A stretch of 64,000 nucleotides of DNA from positions 64,001 to 128,000 of the IMG/VR virus record IMGVR_UViG_3300021364_000001; one strand, given 5' to 3'. The position numbers and the translations under genes are program-made. This DNA comes from a virus. A model generated the notes under the pieces. That model had not been told where the DNA came from, searched no databases, and saw nothing but the letters and a program-made list of their open reading frames with translations. Positions 35,299-45,193 of this stretch are shown here, in pieces (the first letter of the stretch is position 1; each line of letters opens with the position of its first letter).

Positions 35299-35861
35299 TA
35301 GAGATAATGTAGGTAAGTTCCAATGATATATTTGTTCTCAGACAGAGGTGGCAACCCTGCATGAGGGAAGGTCCAGGTCGGTGGGAACAGCAGACAGGTG
35401 CCTGCTTTGGGTTTGACCTTCATACCCAACTTAGTAAACCACGTCTCTCCCCCTTTGTCAACATCATTGAGATAGAAGAACAGTGCCAGGAAGCGACGGG
35501 CGCTGCTGTGGTCACCCACATCAACATGAGGATCAAAACGATCCTCATCAGCAGCAACATACTTCTTCAATCGAATCTGTTCCAAGGCATTTTCATGTGG
35601 CCAGTTCTCACTACACCCGACCTCTTCCATGTACCTGTTAGATACTTCCTTGATCGCTTCGATCAGTCGGTTGTGAACCTTGACCCACTTAGACTCGGTG
35701 TTCTTCTCAGCATACTCAGTCACGTTGAACTGATGGAACTGAGGACGACCCTGCCTGTCCCAGTATTCATAGTCGATATCACGCTGCATGTCCATGATGT
35801 TCTTGATAACATTTTCATCAAGAACGTTGTCATAAACTTTGATGTAGTCTTTAAGATCCAT
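35298..35861 (-). CDS. 2OG-Fe(II) oxygenase
   Basis: [32 protein letters not shown]. Confidence 0.9.
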   Translation of the reverse strand: MDLKDYIKVYDNVLDENVIKNIMDMQRDIDYEYWDRQGRPQFHQFNVTEYAEKNTESKWVKVHNRLIEAIKEVSNRYMEEVGCSENWPHENALEQIRLKKYVAADEDRFDPHVDVGDHSSARRFLALFFYLNDVDKGGETWFTKLGMKVKPKAGTCLLFPPTWTFPHAGLPPLSENKYIIGTYLHYL

Positions 35862-36864
35862 AAGTGAACTCCTTCTCTGCTGCCTTATCAAGTTGATTCA
35901 TGATTTCGGGGGTGAAGTATTTCTCGGGATCAGCGAGAATAGACTTAGGAAAAAGATTAGATTCACCAATCTTGTAGCGATTCCCGATCCTCTCGAAGAC
36001 TCCGTGCTTCTCACCCAGTTCCAGTAGTCCGTAATACTTGTCCAGTCCACGCTCGTCATAGAACAACCTCGTTTCTACCTTGACATTTTCCTTGGTAAAT
36101 CGAGACTTCTTGGTCTCGCACTTGATGATGTTACCCACCACCTGTGTGCCATCCTTCTCCTTTGACTTGCTCAGATAGATAATAGTCGATGCAGCGTATT
36201 TGAGTCCACTACCACCGCCCATTTCTTTCATTGGCACATAGGCACCCACCACGTCATAGGTGTGGTTGGTCACGATCATGGGGATGTTTGCCTTACCCAG
36301 TTTCAGGGTCAGCACACGGAAGATAGACTTGACCACCTGAGCACGGGTCATGTCACGAGTATCCTTACCTGCCTCAGTGTCTTCCACTTCCTTAGACGTG
36401 GACAGCATACCCAGAGAGTCCAGGCAGAACATCAGAGGTTTACGTTCTGATTCTTTCTGTGCCAGATACTTGTCAACAATCTTGATTGCTTGCTGACGGA
36501 ACTCCTGCACAGTAACAACAGGAACGATGATCATACGAGATGAATCGATACCACGACTCTCGATCATGTCCTTACTAATGGCAGACTCGCTCTCAAAATA
36601 AATGCATCCAGCGTCAGGATCAGAATCAAGGAAATGACGAACGATGCTGAGAGTATAATAAGTCTTACCAGTGCTGCTTTCTCCTGCGATAGCAGTAACC
36701 TTGTTGGAAGGAATACCTCCATAGATCGAACCACTAACAACGGCATTAAAGAGATAGCAGCCAGTATCAATGAAAGATGCAACGTCGCCAGCAGCAACCC
36801 CCTCACTAACGACACCAGCATACTCATTGCCGATCTCCTTTACTACATCATTTAGGAAACTCAT
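35851..36864 (-). CDS. uvsX: RecA-like recombinase
   Basis: [15 protein letters not shown] and EMGGGSG motifs. Confidence 0.96.
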   Translation of the reverse strand: MSFLNDVVKEIGNEYAGVVSEGVAAGDVASFIDTGCYLFNAVVSGSIYGGIPSNKVTAIAGESSTGKTYYTLSIVRHFLDSDPDAGCIYFESESAISKDMIESRGIDSSRMIIVPVVTVQEFRQQAIKIVDKYLAQKESERKPLMFCLDSLGMLSTSKEVEDTEAGKDTRDMTRAQVVKSIFRVLTLKLGKANIPMIVTNHTYDVVGAYVPMKEMGGGSGLKYAASTIIYLSKSKEKDGTQVVGNIIKCETKKSRFTKENVKVETRLFYDERGLDKYYGLLELGEKHGVFERIGNRYKIGESNLFPKSILADPEKYFTPEIMNQLDKAAEKEFTYGS

Positions 36865-39365
36865 CCGAATAGAAACTCCAACGTGTGTACTTTTTCTGGT
36901 GTCCAACCAATGGCGTCAAGGACAACCCTGACGGGACTGAGGAAACTCTTCTCGAACTGTTGTTCATAGTCAACAGAACCATGGACGCCAAACTCTTTGG
37001 GTAGAGTCTGGAAGAACGAGACTACGTTCTCACCGATCCTGTTTGGTTTCCTGAGGTAGAGGAACTTGATCTTCTCTCCCTCTTGGATGAGGGGATACTT
37101 GTGAGCAAGTTTCAACTTCTTGACGTAGTAATTATACAGCAAACTACCACGTACGTGCATGGGACATCCCTTACCATAGATGTGACTAGGTGACGAGAAC
37201 TTACCGAGGTTGTTGCAACTGCGTGGGAAAGCAATGTCTTCCAGGGGGAGACTCTCGAACTCTCTACGGAACTTGGCAATGTATTTCTGCACCTCATCTT
37301 CCGTACCGTTCATGACCACTTTCAATGCTTCTTTAATAGCACCACGACAGGGAGCAGGAGTCGAAGACTTCACTGCTTCAATACCCATGATCTTCAACTT
37401 AGGTTTCTCATAACGCACACCCTCACTGTCCCAAACGTTGAGGATGTATCTCTTCTTAGCAGTCCAAACACCACGATCAGCGATGTTCTCCCGCTTCATT
37501 TGCATCTTCTGATCGTATGCCGAAACGTACGTTGCCAACTCTTGATATGAACGTTCAATAAAAGGTTCCAGTTTCTCGTGGCAGATCTTATCAAGTAGAG
37601 TGACAACCGCTGCTTTATCGCCAGACTTATCACTAAGAAATTTAGTAACAAGAGGTCCAAGATTAAGATAGATCGAATCAGTGTCAGATGCGATGACATA
37701 ATCCTCCCCCTCTGTTTGCAAAATCTTATTTAGGTAATCGTTTACCTTGTTCTCGATCCAACGAATCGAGACTTGACCCGAGAGAGTGATCGCCTCAGCA
37801 TTTGCCAGATTGTAGTAGCGGAAGTATTGGTTTCCGATGGCACCATAGGCAGAGTTGAGTTGGATCTTTCTTGCCATCTGGATGTTGTTGAATCTTGCAA
37901 CATCTTTTTGAAGTGCCACGGTCTCTGATGCTGACTTGGAATGTTCCAAGGACTGTTTGGCAGCAAGCATCTTCTTCTTGTATATCTTTCGGTCATCGTA
38001 GATACGTTGCATCATTTCAGGTAGAAACCCGTGGATGTCCTTACGATACTGAGCACCGTTAGCACACACGGCAAACTCCCCGTCAATCTCCACCTCTTTG
38101 TTAAGCAGTTTGTCAACAGTCACCGTGGGATGACGCCTCTCCACCAGGGTCTCTGGGGAGATGTTGTACTGCATGATCAGGTGGGGATACAGGGAGTTAA
38201 GGTCAAAAGATACCACCCAGTCATATCCTCCTGGGACAGGTTCCTTGACATATGCACCAGCATACTGATCGTTCTTACTGCTGCTGATCTTCGGGGGCAC
38301 AACAATGTTGCGCTGCTTCAAGTCATTGTAGATGAGGGTGTCCCACATCCTGACCTGAGAATACACATCAGTAAGGTTGACCTTAGCGTCATAGGCAAGC
38401 GTGAGTGCCAACTCAATTAGTTTCATCTTGTCTTCCAGACGGTCAACAAGTTCCACGTCAACGATGTTGTACTCAACAAACTTTTGCCAGTCCTTAGTAT
38501 AGAACTCTTTGAAGTTCTCATACTCACTGTGGTCGATCTTCGCCTGACCCAGTTCTACATTTGCAATGTGATCCAGACGATAAGATTCCTGAGCAGAGTA
38601 TGTGAACTTCTTGTAGAGATCGAGGTAGTCGAGGATAGCAACACCACTAATCTCGTAAGAAATGTGCTTACGATTGTGGATCTCGATCTCTCTTTCAAGC
38701 ACACGGTTCCAAGGGGAGAGGGACTTCTTCCACTTCTCCCCAAGCACCCTTTCAAGGCGACGGCAGATATAAGGAATATCATACAGGTTGCAGTTCCAAC
38801 CAGTAATGATGTCAGGCGTATGGTTGATCCACCAGGAGTGAAAGTCTTCCAGCATCTCCTGCTCCTTCCAGAAGACACGATACTCCGTGCCTGCTGGTTC
38901 AAATTCCCTAGTCCCCCAAGTTATCACCTCCTTGGTGGCGAGATTCTTAACGGTGATGCAAAGCATCTCTTCCTGGCAAGCCTCTACTGAGGGGAAACCG
39001 TTGTCACAACCCACTTCGATGTCGATCGTATAGATCTTCATCTGGGACATATCAAACCGAATCTCATCGGGGAATTTGTCTGCGATGAACTGATAGATGA
39101 ACCTATCATACCCATGCACTTCCATACCATCGACCGCCTCGTACTGTTCAATGAACTTACGGGCATCGCGTGCTCCATCGAACCGCTTCGCATGAGCATA
39201 GCGACCGTCCAGAGTCCTGAACTTGGACTCCTTGCTTTGATTCTGTGGCACAAAGTACAGAGTAGGACGAATCTTCTCCCTGTATTGAACAGGTTCTCCA
39301 TGTTCGTAACCCCGATAGAGGATGTCGTCACCGAGAAGAAGTACGTCCGTGTAAAATTTCATCAA
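36861..39365 (-). CDS. Family B DNA polymerase (gp43)
   Basis: DIEV exonuclease motif, [17 protein letters not shown] and ASDTDS. Confidence 0.98.
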   Translation of the reverse strand: MMKFYTDVLLLGDDILYRGYEHGEPVQYREKIRPTLYFVPQNQSKESKFRTLDGRYAHAKRFDGARDARKFIEQYEAVDGMEVHGYDRFIYQFIADKFPDEIRFDMSQMKIYTIDIEVGCDNGFPSVEACQEEMLCITVKNLATKEVITWGTREFEPAGTEYRVFWKEQEMLEDFHSWWINHTPDIITGWNCNLYDIPYICRRLERVLGEKWKKSLSPWNRVLEREIEIHNRKHISYEISGVAILDYLDLYKKFTYSAQESYRLDHIANVELGQAKIDHSEYENFKEFYTKDWQKFVEYNIVDVELVDRLEDKMKLIELALTLAYDAKVNLTDVYSQVRMWDTLIYNDLKQRNIVVPPKISSSKNDQYAGAYVKEPVPGGYDWVVSFDLNSLYPHLIMQYNISPETLVERRHPTVTVDKLLNKEVEIDGEFAVCANGAQYRKDIHGFLPEMMQRIYDDRKIYKKKMLAAKQSLEHSKSASETVALQKDVARFNNIQMARKIQLNSAYGAIGNQYFRYYNLANAEAITLSGQVSIRWIENKVNDYLNKILQTEGEDYVIASDTDSIYLNLGPLVTKFLSDKSGDKAAVVTLLDKICHEKLEPFIERSYQELATYVSAYDQKMQMKRENIADRGVWTAKKRYILNVWDSEGVRYEKPKLKIMGIEAVKSSTPAPCRGAIKEALKVVMNGTEDEVQKYIAKFRREFESLPLEDIAFPRSCNNLGKFSSPSHIYGKGCPMHVRGSLLYNYYVKKLKLAHKYPLIQEGEKIKFLYLRKPNRIGENVVSFFQTLPKEFGVHGSVDYEQQFEKSFLSPVRVVLDAIGWTPEKVHTLEFLFG

Positions 39366-39601
39366 GTCATCGCCTTGTAACTGTCTGCCAAGTCAGCAGA
39401 CGGATCAAGTATAGTAAAGATGAGGTCGGAAGTCAAGAAGAGATCACGTTGGTCTGTGTGTAGAGGGAACTTGGTCAGACTACCGTCTTCATGCACACGC
39501 ATACAATTCTCAATCAGAATCGACGGTTCCTCGTCCAGTTCCGTCATCGTCCCCAGCAGGTACAGACTCGGATCGTTCTTCAACAACATCAATTTCAGCA
39601 T
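39362..39601 (-). CDS. Hypothetical protein
   Basis: 79-aa ORF coupled to gp43. Confidence 0.7.
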   Translation of the reverse strand: MLKLMLLKNDPSLYLLGTMTELDEEPSILIENCMRVHEDGSLTKFPLHTDQRDLFLTSDLIFTILDPSADLADSYKAMT

Positions 39602-39926
39602 TTTTCGCAGTAAGTTCTTGGTACTTGGACACTACATTCTCCAAAGGAGTGTAGATAAATGACACTGAGGGCAGCGGCACATAGATGTAAGGAGAAGCAG
39701 AGAATGGCACGAATGCTTGGAACTCTACGTCAACGTTATCGAGAGTAGTAGGTTCTTCATCGTAACTAGGTTCTTCAAATAGGTTCTGTGCAGGTGCCTG
39801 AATCACCATGGTGTAAGGCATCTCCAACTTATATGCGAGAGGTGGTTGATCTTCACCTTGACGCATCTCGAATACATTAGCGATTACGTCCTCGCCGTTT
39901 TGCATTCTTACGATTCTTACGGTCAT
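39510..39926 (-). CDS. Conserved hypothetical protein (Sm-like fold)
   Basis: IVRMQNGEDVIA N-terminus resembles the ORF at 59958-60407. Confidence 0.7.
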   Translation of the reverse strand: MTVRIVRMQNGEDVIANVFEMRQGEDQPPLAYKLEMPYTMVIQAPAQNLFEEPSYDEEPTTLDNVDVEFQAFVPFSASPYIYVPLPSVSFIYTPLENVVSKYQELTAKNAEIDVVEERSESVPAGDDDGTGRGTVDSD

Positions 39927-40131
39927 AGTCTTTTTGCATCAGGTTTTCATAAGTGTACTTTACCATGTCGGTGAAAGCACGTCGAGCAGAAACATTCTTT
40001 TCTTCTGCCAGGATGTGAACATACTGCATAAACATATCCATCTCCTCAGGTGGAATGTCTAGGGTCAGTGTTTCACTCTTTTCTGTGTACGCAGGACACA
40101 GATTAACATACATGTTCATGGATACCTCCAA
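39877..40131 (-). CDS. Hypothetical protein
   Basis: 84-aa ORF. Confidence 0.65.
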   Translation of the reverse strand: MEVSMNMYVNLCPAYTEKSETLTLDIPPEEMDMFMQYVHILAEEKNVSARRAFTDMVKYTYENLMQKDYDRKNRKNAKRRGRNR

Positions 40132-40159
40132 ACAAAAAGAGGACCCTGGGGTCCTCTTT
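40132..40159 (-). terminator. pstS terminator
   Basis: AAAGAGGACC-CCAG-GGTCCTCTTT followed by Ts. Confidence 0.8.
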
Positions 40160-40182
40160 GGTTGTATTAGTATGTATACAAC

Positions 40183-41166
40183 TTATTTGAGGGTGTCAAC
40201 AGCAGCGAGTGCTTTCTGACGAAGACTCTCGGGGAGAGGAACATAACCAAGGGAGTCTGCCTTCTGTTGCTGAGTAGGTGTCAGCATCCAGCGAAGCATA
40301 TCCTTCACATCATCATTCTTTTCATACTCAGGGTATGCCAGGATCCAAGTCAAGGAGACGATAGGATAAGCATTGGCACCAGCAGGGTTAGCATCAGCAC
40401 CACGGAGTTGATCGTCAAGAACGATCTCACCAAGACCAGCAGAAGCAGTCTCAGCAGATGCCTTCACGAAGTTACCAGCACGGTTCTGAATAGCAACCTG
40501 TTGCAGGTCACCCTTCACATAACCATAGTTGACATAACCGATGCTACCAGGGGTGTTGGTGATAGCAGCAGCAACGCCACTGTTACCTTTACCACCGATA
40601 CCAACAGGCCACTTTACAGACTTACCTGTGCCGACTGTTTTCTTCCACTCAGGAGAGAATGCGGACAGGGAGTTGGTGAAACCTTTGGTAGTGCCAGAAC
40701 CATCAGAACGATGGACAGTAGCAATACGCTGATCAGCACAACCGAAGGCAGACCAGTTAGTAATCTTACCCAGGAAGACATCAGCAAGTTGAGTCTGAGT
40801 CATCTTGACTTCACAACCAGGGTTGTTGTAAGTCGGGACAATGGCACCACCAGTGATGGGGATGTGGACCATAGGCAGTTTCTGCTTAGCATCACTTACA
40901 GCACCATCAGAGGCACCGAAGTCAACGGTCTTAGCAGTGAACTGACGGACACCAGCACCACTACCAACTGCTTGGTAGTTGACTTGGTTGCCAGTAGACT
41001 TAGCAAGGTCCTGCAACATGTTGTTATACAACATAGCAGGGAAAGAAGCACCAGCGCCATTCAATTTGTATGGCTCTTTTTGACTGACTTCTGTGTTCTC
41101 GGTGGAAGCGCAAGCTACCATCAGGGGCGCTGCCAAGGCGGCAGCTGCGATTGCTTTGAGTTTCAT
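40183..41166 (-). CDS. pstS: Phosphate ABC transporter substrate-binding lipoprotein
   Basis: Lipobox MVAC; GAGASFP, GSGAG, RSDGSGTT and YPIVSLTW motifs. Confidence 0.97.
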   Translation of the reverse strand: MKLKAIAAAALAAPLMVACASTENTEVSQKEPYKLNGAGASFPAMLYNNMLQDLAKSTGNQVNYQAVGSGAGVRQFTAKTVDFGASDGAVSDAKQKLPMVHIPITGGAIVPTYNNPGCEVKMTQTQLADVFLGKITNWSAFGCADQRIATVHRSDGSGTTKGFTNSLSAFSPEWKKTVGTGKSVKWPVGIGGKGNSGVAAAITNTPGSIGYVNYGYVKGDLQQVAIQNRAGNFVKASAETASAGLGEIVLDDQLRGADANPAGANAYPIVSLTWILAYPEYEKNDDVKDMLRWMLTPTQQQKADSLGYVPLPESLRQKALAAVDTLK

Positions 41167-41177
41167 CAGTCAGTACC

Positions 41178-41537
41178 TCAGAACTTGTACTTGGTGCCGA
41201 CTTCTACTTTCCAGTCACGAGTATCATCATCTTGGAAGAGGTTCTCAAACTTACCATAAGCAGAGAAGGAATCAGTGATCTTGACTTTGCTGCCAACTTC
41301 CAGAGCAGTGAAGCTGGTGCTGTCAGCACCGTCAGGAACGCTCACACCCAGACCACCTTCGATGTAGGGGGAGAAGCGACCAGTTTTCCATTCATATCCG
41401 ATACGTCCTTGGTGAACTGCCTTGGAATAATCCTCGTCAGTACCTTTGAATTCGTGTTTGGACTCGACATAGGGTCCTGCAAGGGCAGGTGCTGCGATCA
41501 TAGGCAGTGCCAGAGCAGCAAGAGCGATTGCTTTCAT
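41178..41537 (-). CDS. Small outer-membrane beta-barrel (porin-like) protein
   Basis: Signal peptide, amphipathic strands, C-terminal GTKYKF; paralog-like to 4465-4836. Confidence 0.75.
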   Translation of the reverse strand: MKAIALAALALPMIAAPALAGPYVESKHEFKGTDEDYSKAVHQGRIGYEWKTGRFSPYIEGGLGVSVPDGADSTSFTALEVGSKVKITDSFSAYGKFENLFQDDDTRDWKVEVGTKYKF

Positions 41538-41573
41538 TTTAGTTACTTGTAGTGTGTACACATCTCAATAAGA

Positions 41574-41626
41574 GACCTCTGTATTGTACCAGAGGTCCGC
41601 TTATTTAGATTTAAGGGTAGGTTAAT
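41574..41626 (-). promoter_or_regulatory. Pho box and promoter of the porin-pstS unit
   Basis: TTAACCT-N4-TTAAATC (11-bp period), downstream TACAAT, overlapping TAAATA. Confidence 0.7.
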
Positions 41627-42083
41627 CCTGATTTCCTGACCCAATCTCGTAGAGTTTGAGTTTCTGGTGGTCGGGAATAATCTTCCGTAAGTTTACCACA
41701 AGCATTCCGTTCTTGAAATCAACTGATGCGACTTCCACATCGTCGGCTAGATTGAATCCTCTGGCGAAGGTTCGGGTGGCAACCCCGCGATGCATATACT
41801 CCTCCTCACCCTTGTTCTTCGCCGCCTTAGACCTGACCAGGAGGACGTTACTCTCAGTAGAGACTTCAATTTCGTCCTTGTCCCAACCAGCAAGTGCCAT
41901 TTCGATCCTCCACTTAACCTCAGATTCTTTCACGAGGTTGTAAGGGGGATACGCTTCGTTGACTGATCCCATTCCATAGGAATGCAGTCGGTAAAAAATG
42001 TCATCCAGTCCGACGCTGTATCTTTCAGCAGCATCCACCACGGCATTAAGATCTTTCGTGGTGAGTTTCCTCAGTCCAGTCAT
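41622..42083 (-). CDS. hsp20: Small heat shock protein
   Basis: YPPYNLV, MALAG and HRGVATRTFARGF..NGML motifs. Confidence 0.95.
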   Translation of the reverse strand: MTGLRKLTTKDLNAVVDAAERYSVGLDDIFYRLHSYGMGSVNEAYPPYNLVKESEVKWRIEMALAGWDKDEIEVSTESNVLLVRSKAAKNKGEEEYMHRGVATRTFARGFNLADDVEVASVDFKNGMLVVNLRKIIPDHQKLKLYEIGSGNQD

Positions 42084-42264
42084 TGTACTTCTCCTAGTAA
42101 GCGAGATTAGATTGTGTGGACCCCGAAGGCATCCACTGTTATTTAGAGAAAAGGGATCAAAGTTTAATAGTGGAGAACCGTATTAAAACTTTCGGTTTTC
42201 CGCAGTCACATTTCATGCACATGTTCTTTTTCCTAAATAGAGATAGGTTCCCAAATAATGCACG

Positions 42265-42768
42265 ATGAAGAAGTTCCTTCCTCTCGTTATGCTACTGATG
42301 ACCGCAAGTGCAGCAAATGCTGGCGGACTTGTTACTAAACATGCTTCTAGCACACAACTGACTGTTGATGCTGCTCGCTCTACTGCTTCCAGAATTGGAC
42401 ACACCTTCACCACTTCTGGCAGTGGCGTAAGCACCACTGATGGCACCACTTCGGGTGTTGTTGGTAACGGTGTGCTGATGACCAGCGATGGTTTTACTGG
42501 TGCTTCCAGTGTCGTCACTGCTTCTCAGGCAACCTCTGGCGATGCATTCTCTTACAGTGCTTCTTATACCCAAGGCGATGCTATCCCTACCTCTGCTGCT
42601 ACCGTAGGTGCTATTCCTAACTTCGGTTCGGTTACTTCTTACGAATCTGGCACTGCTGGATCATTGGCAGGCACAATCACAAGTGGTCATGCTATTACTC
42701 TGACTGCTGGTGGTGCAGGTACATCTGCAACGGGACAATTCGTTAGCGAGATCACCGTTATTGACTGA
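42265..42768 (+). CDS. Secreted Ser/Thr/Gly-rich beta protein, conserved in cyanophages
   Basis: Signal peptide ending AANA; TAAATA late promoter at about 42235. Confidence 0.8.
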   Translation: MKKFLPLVMLLMTASAANAGGLVTKHASSTQLTVDAARSTASRIGHTFTTSGSGVSTTDGTTSGVVGNGVLMTSDGFTGASSVVTASQATSGDAFSYSASYTQGDAIPTSAATVGAIPNFGSVTSYESGTAGSLAGTITSGHAITLTAGGAGTSATGQFVSEITVID

Positions 42769-42779
42769 GGAGGATCGCA

Positions 42780-43217
42780 ATGAATACTATGATTCGTTGG
42801 TCTGTCCTAAGTGTGGTGGGTGTATCTGCCACACTTGCTCCTGCCCTGGCGGTCCCCGTGGTCCCAAACTTCACACAGGGGTCAATGACCAGCCACACGG
42901 AGACGACACAAAAAATAACTGAGACCATCAATTCGATGGACTACAACACAGGATACCAATACTCTGCAACGGGTAGTGGTATTACTGCAAATGGAAAATT
43001 GAATCCAGGAACGGGTTCTACAAATGTAACTATTGACGGAGTGACATCATCATGGACGGGCGTAACATCAACACCTCAGTTCACACAAACAACACCAGGG
43101 GCAGCGTTTCAGTTCACAGAAACATATTCAGGACCTGGTTTGAGCAATCACACGATTATCCAGAGAACCACCGAGGTTACAAGCGTAACGGACACTACAA
43201 GTATCTTCTCGCAGTAA
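42780..43217 (+). CDS. Secreted beta-rich protein, conserved in cyanophages
   Basis: GAGGAG RBS; signal peptide ending PALA; VPVVPNFTQGSMTS. Confidence 0.8.
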   Translation: MNTMIRWSVLSVVGVSATLAPALAVPVVPNFTQGSMTSHTETTQKITETINSMDYNTGYQYSATGSGITANGKLNPGTGSTNVTIDGVTSSWTGVTSTPQFTQTTPGAAFQFTETYSGPGLSNHTIIQRTTEVTSVTDTTSIFSQ

Positions 43218-43951
43218 TCCTAAGTGGACTCTTCCCAACTGCATCTATGGCAGAGACTGTCGGTGGAGTATCAGCAACAGCATCCCCAGTCGCAAACAGC
43301 TCTGGCTCAGTGACCAACCAGGCAATCCAGGTTTTACAAGGTCCCTACATCACTAATACTTATGGGGGAGGAATCCAGTGTCAAGGACCCACCCGAAACT
43401 TTACCCCCTATGTAACAGGTAGTGCATCAGCATCTAAACCTTACGAACCGTACTATTGGGATCCTGTGTATGATGTAAGTGACCTAGATGAGGACGGTCT
43501 TATTGATAATCCAGGCGACATTCTCTTCCACAAGAAGACACGTACTGGTCAGAAAGATAATTATAGTCTCGGTGTAGGTTTCTCTATGACATGGAGCACA
43601 CCTACCGACAAGAAATTACAAGAACTGTGCAAGACAGCAGCGAAAGCACAGATTGAATTGAATCAACAACTAACTGCTAACAAGAGGCTTGACTTTGAGA
43701 TCGCGAGACTCAAAAATTGTGGTCAGTTGATAAAGGAGGGAATCAGTTTCCACCCCCAGAGTAAGTATTATGCTATCTGTGCAGACGTGGTAGTGCAGAA
43801 CGTGACTACCGTGAAGGACCACCGCCACTCGATCCCTTCCTCTTCTTCTTCCTCGGGAACACAGAACGCAATGCCTTCACTGCATGATTCATCTGACGCT
43901 GCTGCGCTCGGCGGTCCCCTACACTCTCACGAACATCGGGTTTCCCCCTGA
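43052..43951 (+). CDS. Secreted Cys-containing protein (start uncertain)
   Basis: SATASPVANSSGSVTNQAIQ..QCQGPT..RLDFEIARLKNCG. Confidence 0.75.
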   Translation: MDGRNINTSVHTNNTRGSVSVHRNIFRTWFEQSHDYPENHRGYKRNGHYKYLLAVILSGLFPTASMAETVGGVSATASPVANSSGSVTNQAIQVLQGPYITNTYGGGIQCQGPTRNFTPYVTGSASASKPYEPYYWDPVYDVSDLDEDGLIDNPGDILFHKKTRTGQKDNYSLGVGFSMTWSTPTDKKLQELCKTAAKAQIELNQQLTANKRLDFEIARLKNCGQLIKEGISFHPQSKYYAICADVVVQNVTTVKDHRHSIPSSSSSSGTQNAMPSLHDSSDAAALGGPLHSHEHRVSP

Positions 43952-44639
43952 GTTTCGCGATCTTCTTCATAACTTTCTTAACCGTTGGTTTGACTGCTTT
44001 CAAAAGTATGTCTGCCAACGGTTTTGCTAATAGTGCCGACGAGGTTGCAATGACAGCAATGCCGCCAACCTGTACGACCTGACCACCACTAGGAAGTCCA
44101 GCAATGATTTGTTGTGGCAGTGCGACTGCTTCTGTGATCTGTACACATTCGTTACCCACTAGTCGATACTCGGTAACTCTCTTACGATACCCCTCCACCA
44201 GTGTGCCAACAGGTTCTTTCAGTTGCTGTGCCTTAGTAGGACACTCTACCTTGGCAGTAGCAGGTGGTGCTGCTTTGGGAATCTCAGGTTGAGGGACCTC
44301 TGGTTTGGGTGGTTCCTTGGTTCTGGTATCCACCGCAGGAGGTCTGGTGATGATCATCTCATTGGGTTTGAATTCCATGGGATTAAAGTTAGGCATCCCT
44401 GCATCACAAAAGGTTATCGTACCCTTAGGATCATCACCGACTAGTTCATCATTTCTAGGATTGTTTTGTTGGTGTGCCTCTACACATCCAGGCATATCAA
44501 TGACAGGCACACCAATGTCCACCGTAACGGGTGCTGCAATACCTACATTGGGATTAGCAACATTACGAGAGAAGTCCCATACAGGAATTTCAATGGGATC
44601 GATACGAACCCCGTTAATCTCAATGTCAGGTATATCCAT
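43806..44639 (-). CDS. Membrane-anchored Pro-rich protein
   Basis: PVIDMPGCVEAH..CDAGMP; hydrophobic segment followed by a basic C-terminus. Confidence 0.75.
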   Translation of the reverse strand: MDIPDIEINGVRIDPIEIPVWDFSRNVANPNVGIAAPVTVDIGVPVIDMPGCVEAHQQNNPRNDELVGDDPKGTITFCDAGMPNFNPMEFKPNEMIITRPPAVDTRTKEPPKPEVPQPEIPKAAPPATAKVECPTKAQQLKEPVGTLVEGYRKRVTEYRLVGNECVQITEAVALPQQIIAGLPSGGQVVQVGGIAVIATSSALLAKPLADILLKAVKPTVKKVMKKIAKLRGKPDVRESVGDRRAQQRQMNHAVKALRSVFPRKKKRKGSSGGGPSR

Positions 44640-44640
44640 A

Positions 44641-44907
44641 TCAGAAAGGCATCACGCCACCAGTAGCACTAGGAACTTCGGGAACAACACCACCTGTCGC
44701 ACCAGGCAGTTCAGGAACCTCAGGCATCAGTCCTTCCATCAGTCCAGGCAAAGCACCCACGACTGCTTCGGTTGCTGCTTCGGTTGCTGCTTCCTTGGCA
44801 CGCTCAATCAGAGCGTCCTTTTGAATGTAGACATAGGCACCAGCACCAACGATGCTAGCAGTGCCCAGGAAGGAGAGCAGTGCTAGAACATTAATTAACT
44901 TCTGCAT
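44641..44907 (-). CDS. Bitopic membrane protein
   Basis: MQKLINVLALLSF TM helix, helical middle, Pro-rich tail. Confidence 0.75.
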   Translation of the reverse strand: MQKLINVLALLSFLGTASIVGAGAYVYIQKDALIERAKEAATEAATEAVVGALPGLMEGLMPEVPELPGATGGVVPEVPSATGGVMPF

Positions 44908-45172
44908 CTTTCTTCTCCTCTTTTTTAGGTGTTTCTTCTTCTTTCTTTTTAGCCGTAGCAACCCCGAAGGTACTAAGAGTCCCCGTGAAGACGCTGGCTA
45001 TGAAAGTTGGATCAATTTGTTTCTGTTGCAGACCAGGGATAGTTACATAATTAAGTGTAAGAATCGCTGCGGACCACGAAAGAATAACAACTCGCACCAA
45101 TGCTGACAGACCTTCGTCTGCCCAGTCAAACTTATCCTTTTTAGCCTGCTCCTTAATAGGAGTCTCAGCCAT
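44891..45172 (-). CDS. Small two-TM membrane protein
   Basis: Two hydrophobic segments and a highly charged C-terminal tail. Confidence 0.75.
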   Translation of the reverse strand: MAETPIKEQAKKDKFDWADEGLSALVRVVILSWSAAILTLNYVTIPGLQQKQIDPTFIASVFTGTLSTFGVATAKKKEEETPKKEEKKDAEVN

Positions 45173-45193
45173 TAGTAAGATAGTAAGGCACAG

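Noticed and set aside
44641-45172. Definite holin/spanin assignment
   Set aside because: The topology is compatible, but no outer-membrane lipoprotein (o-spanin lipobox) or endolysin is adjacent. Kept only as a hypothesis.
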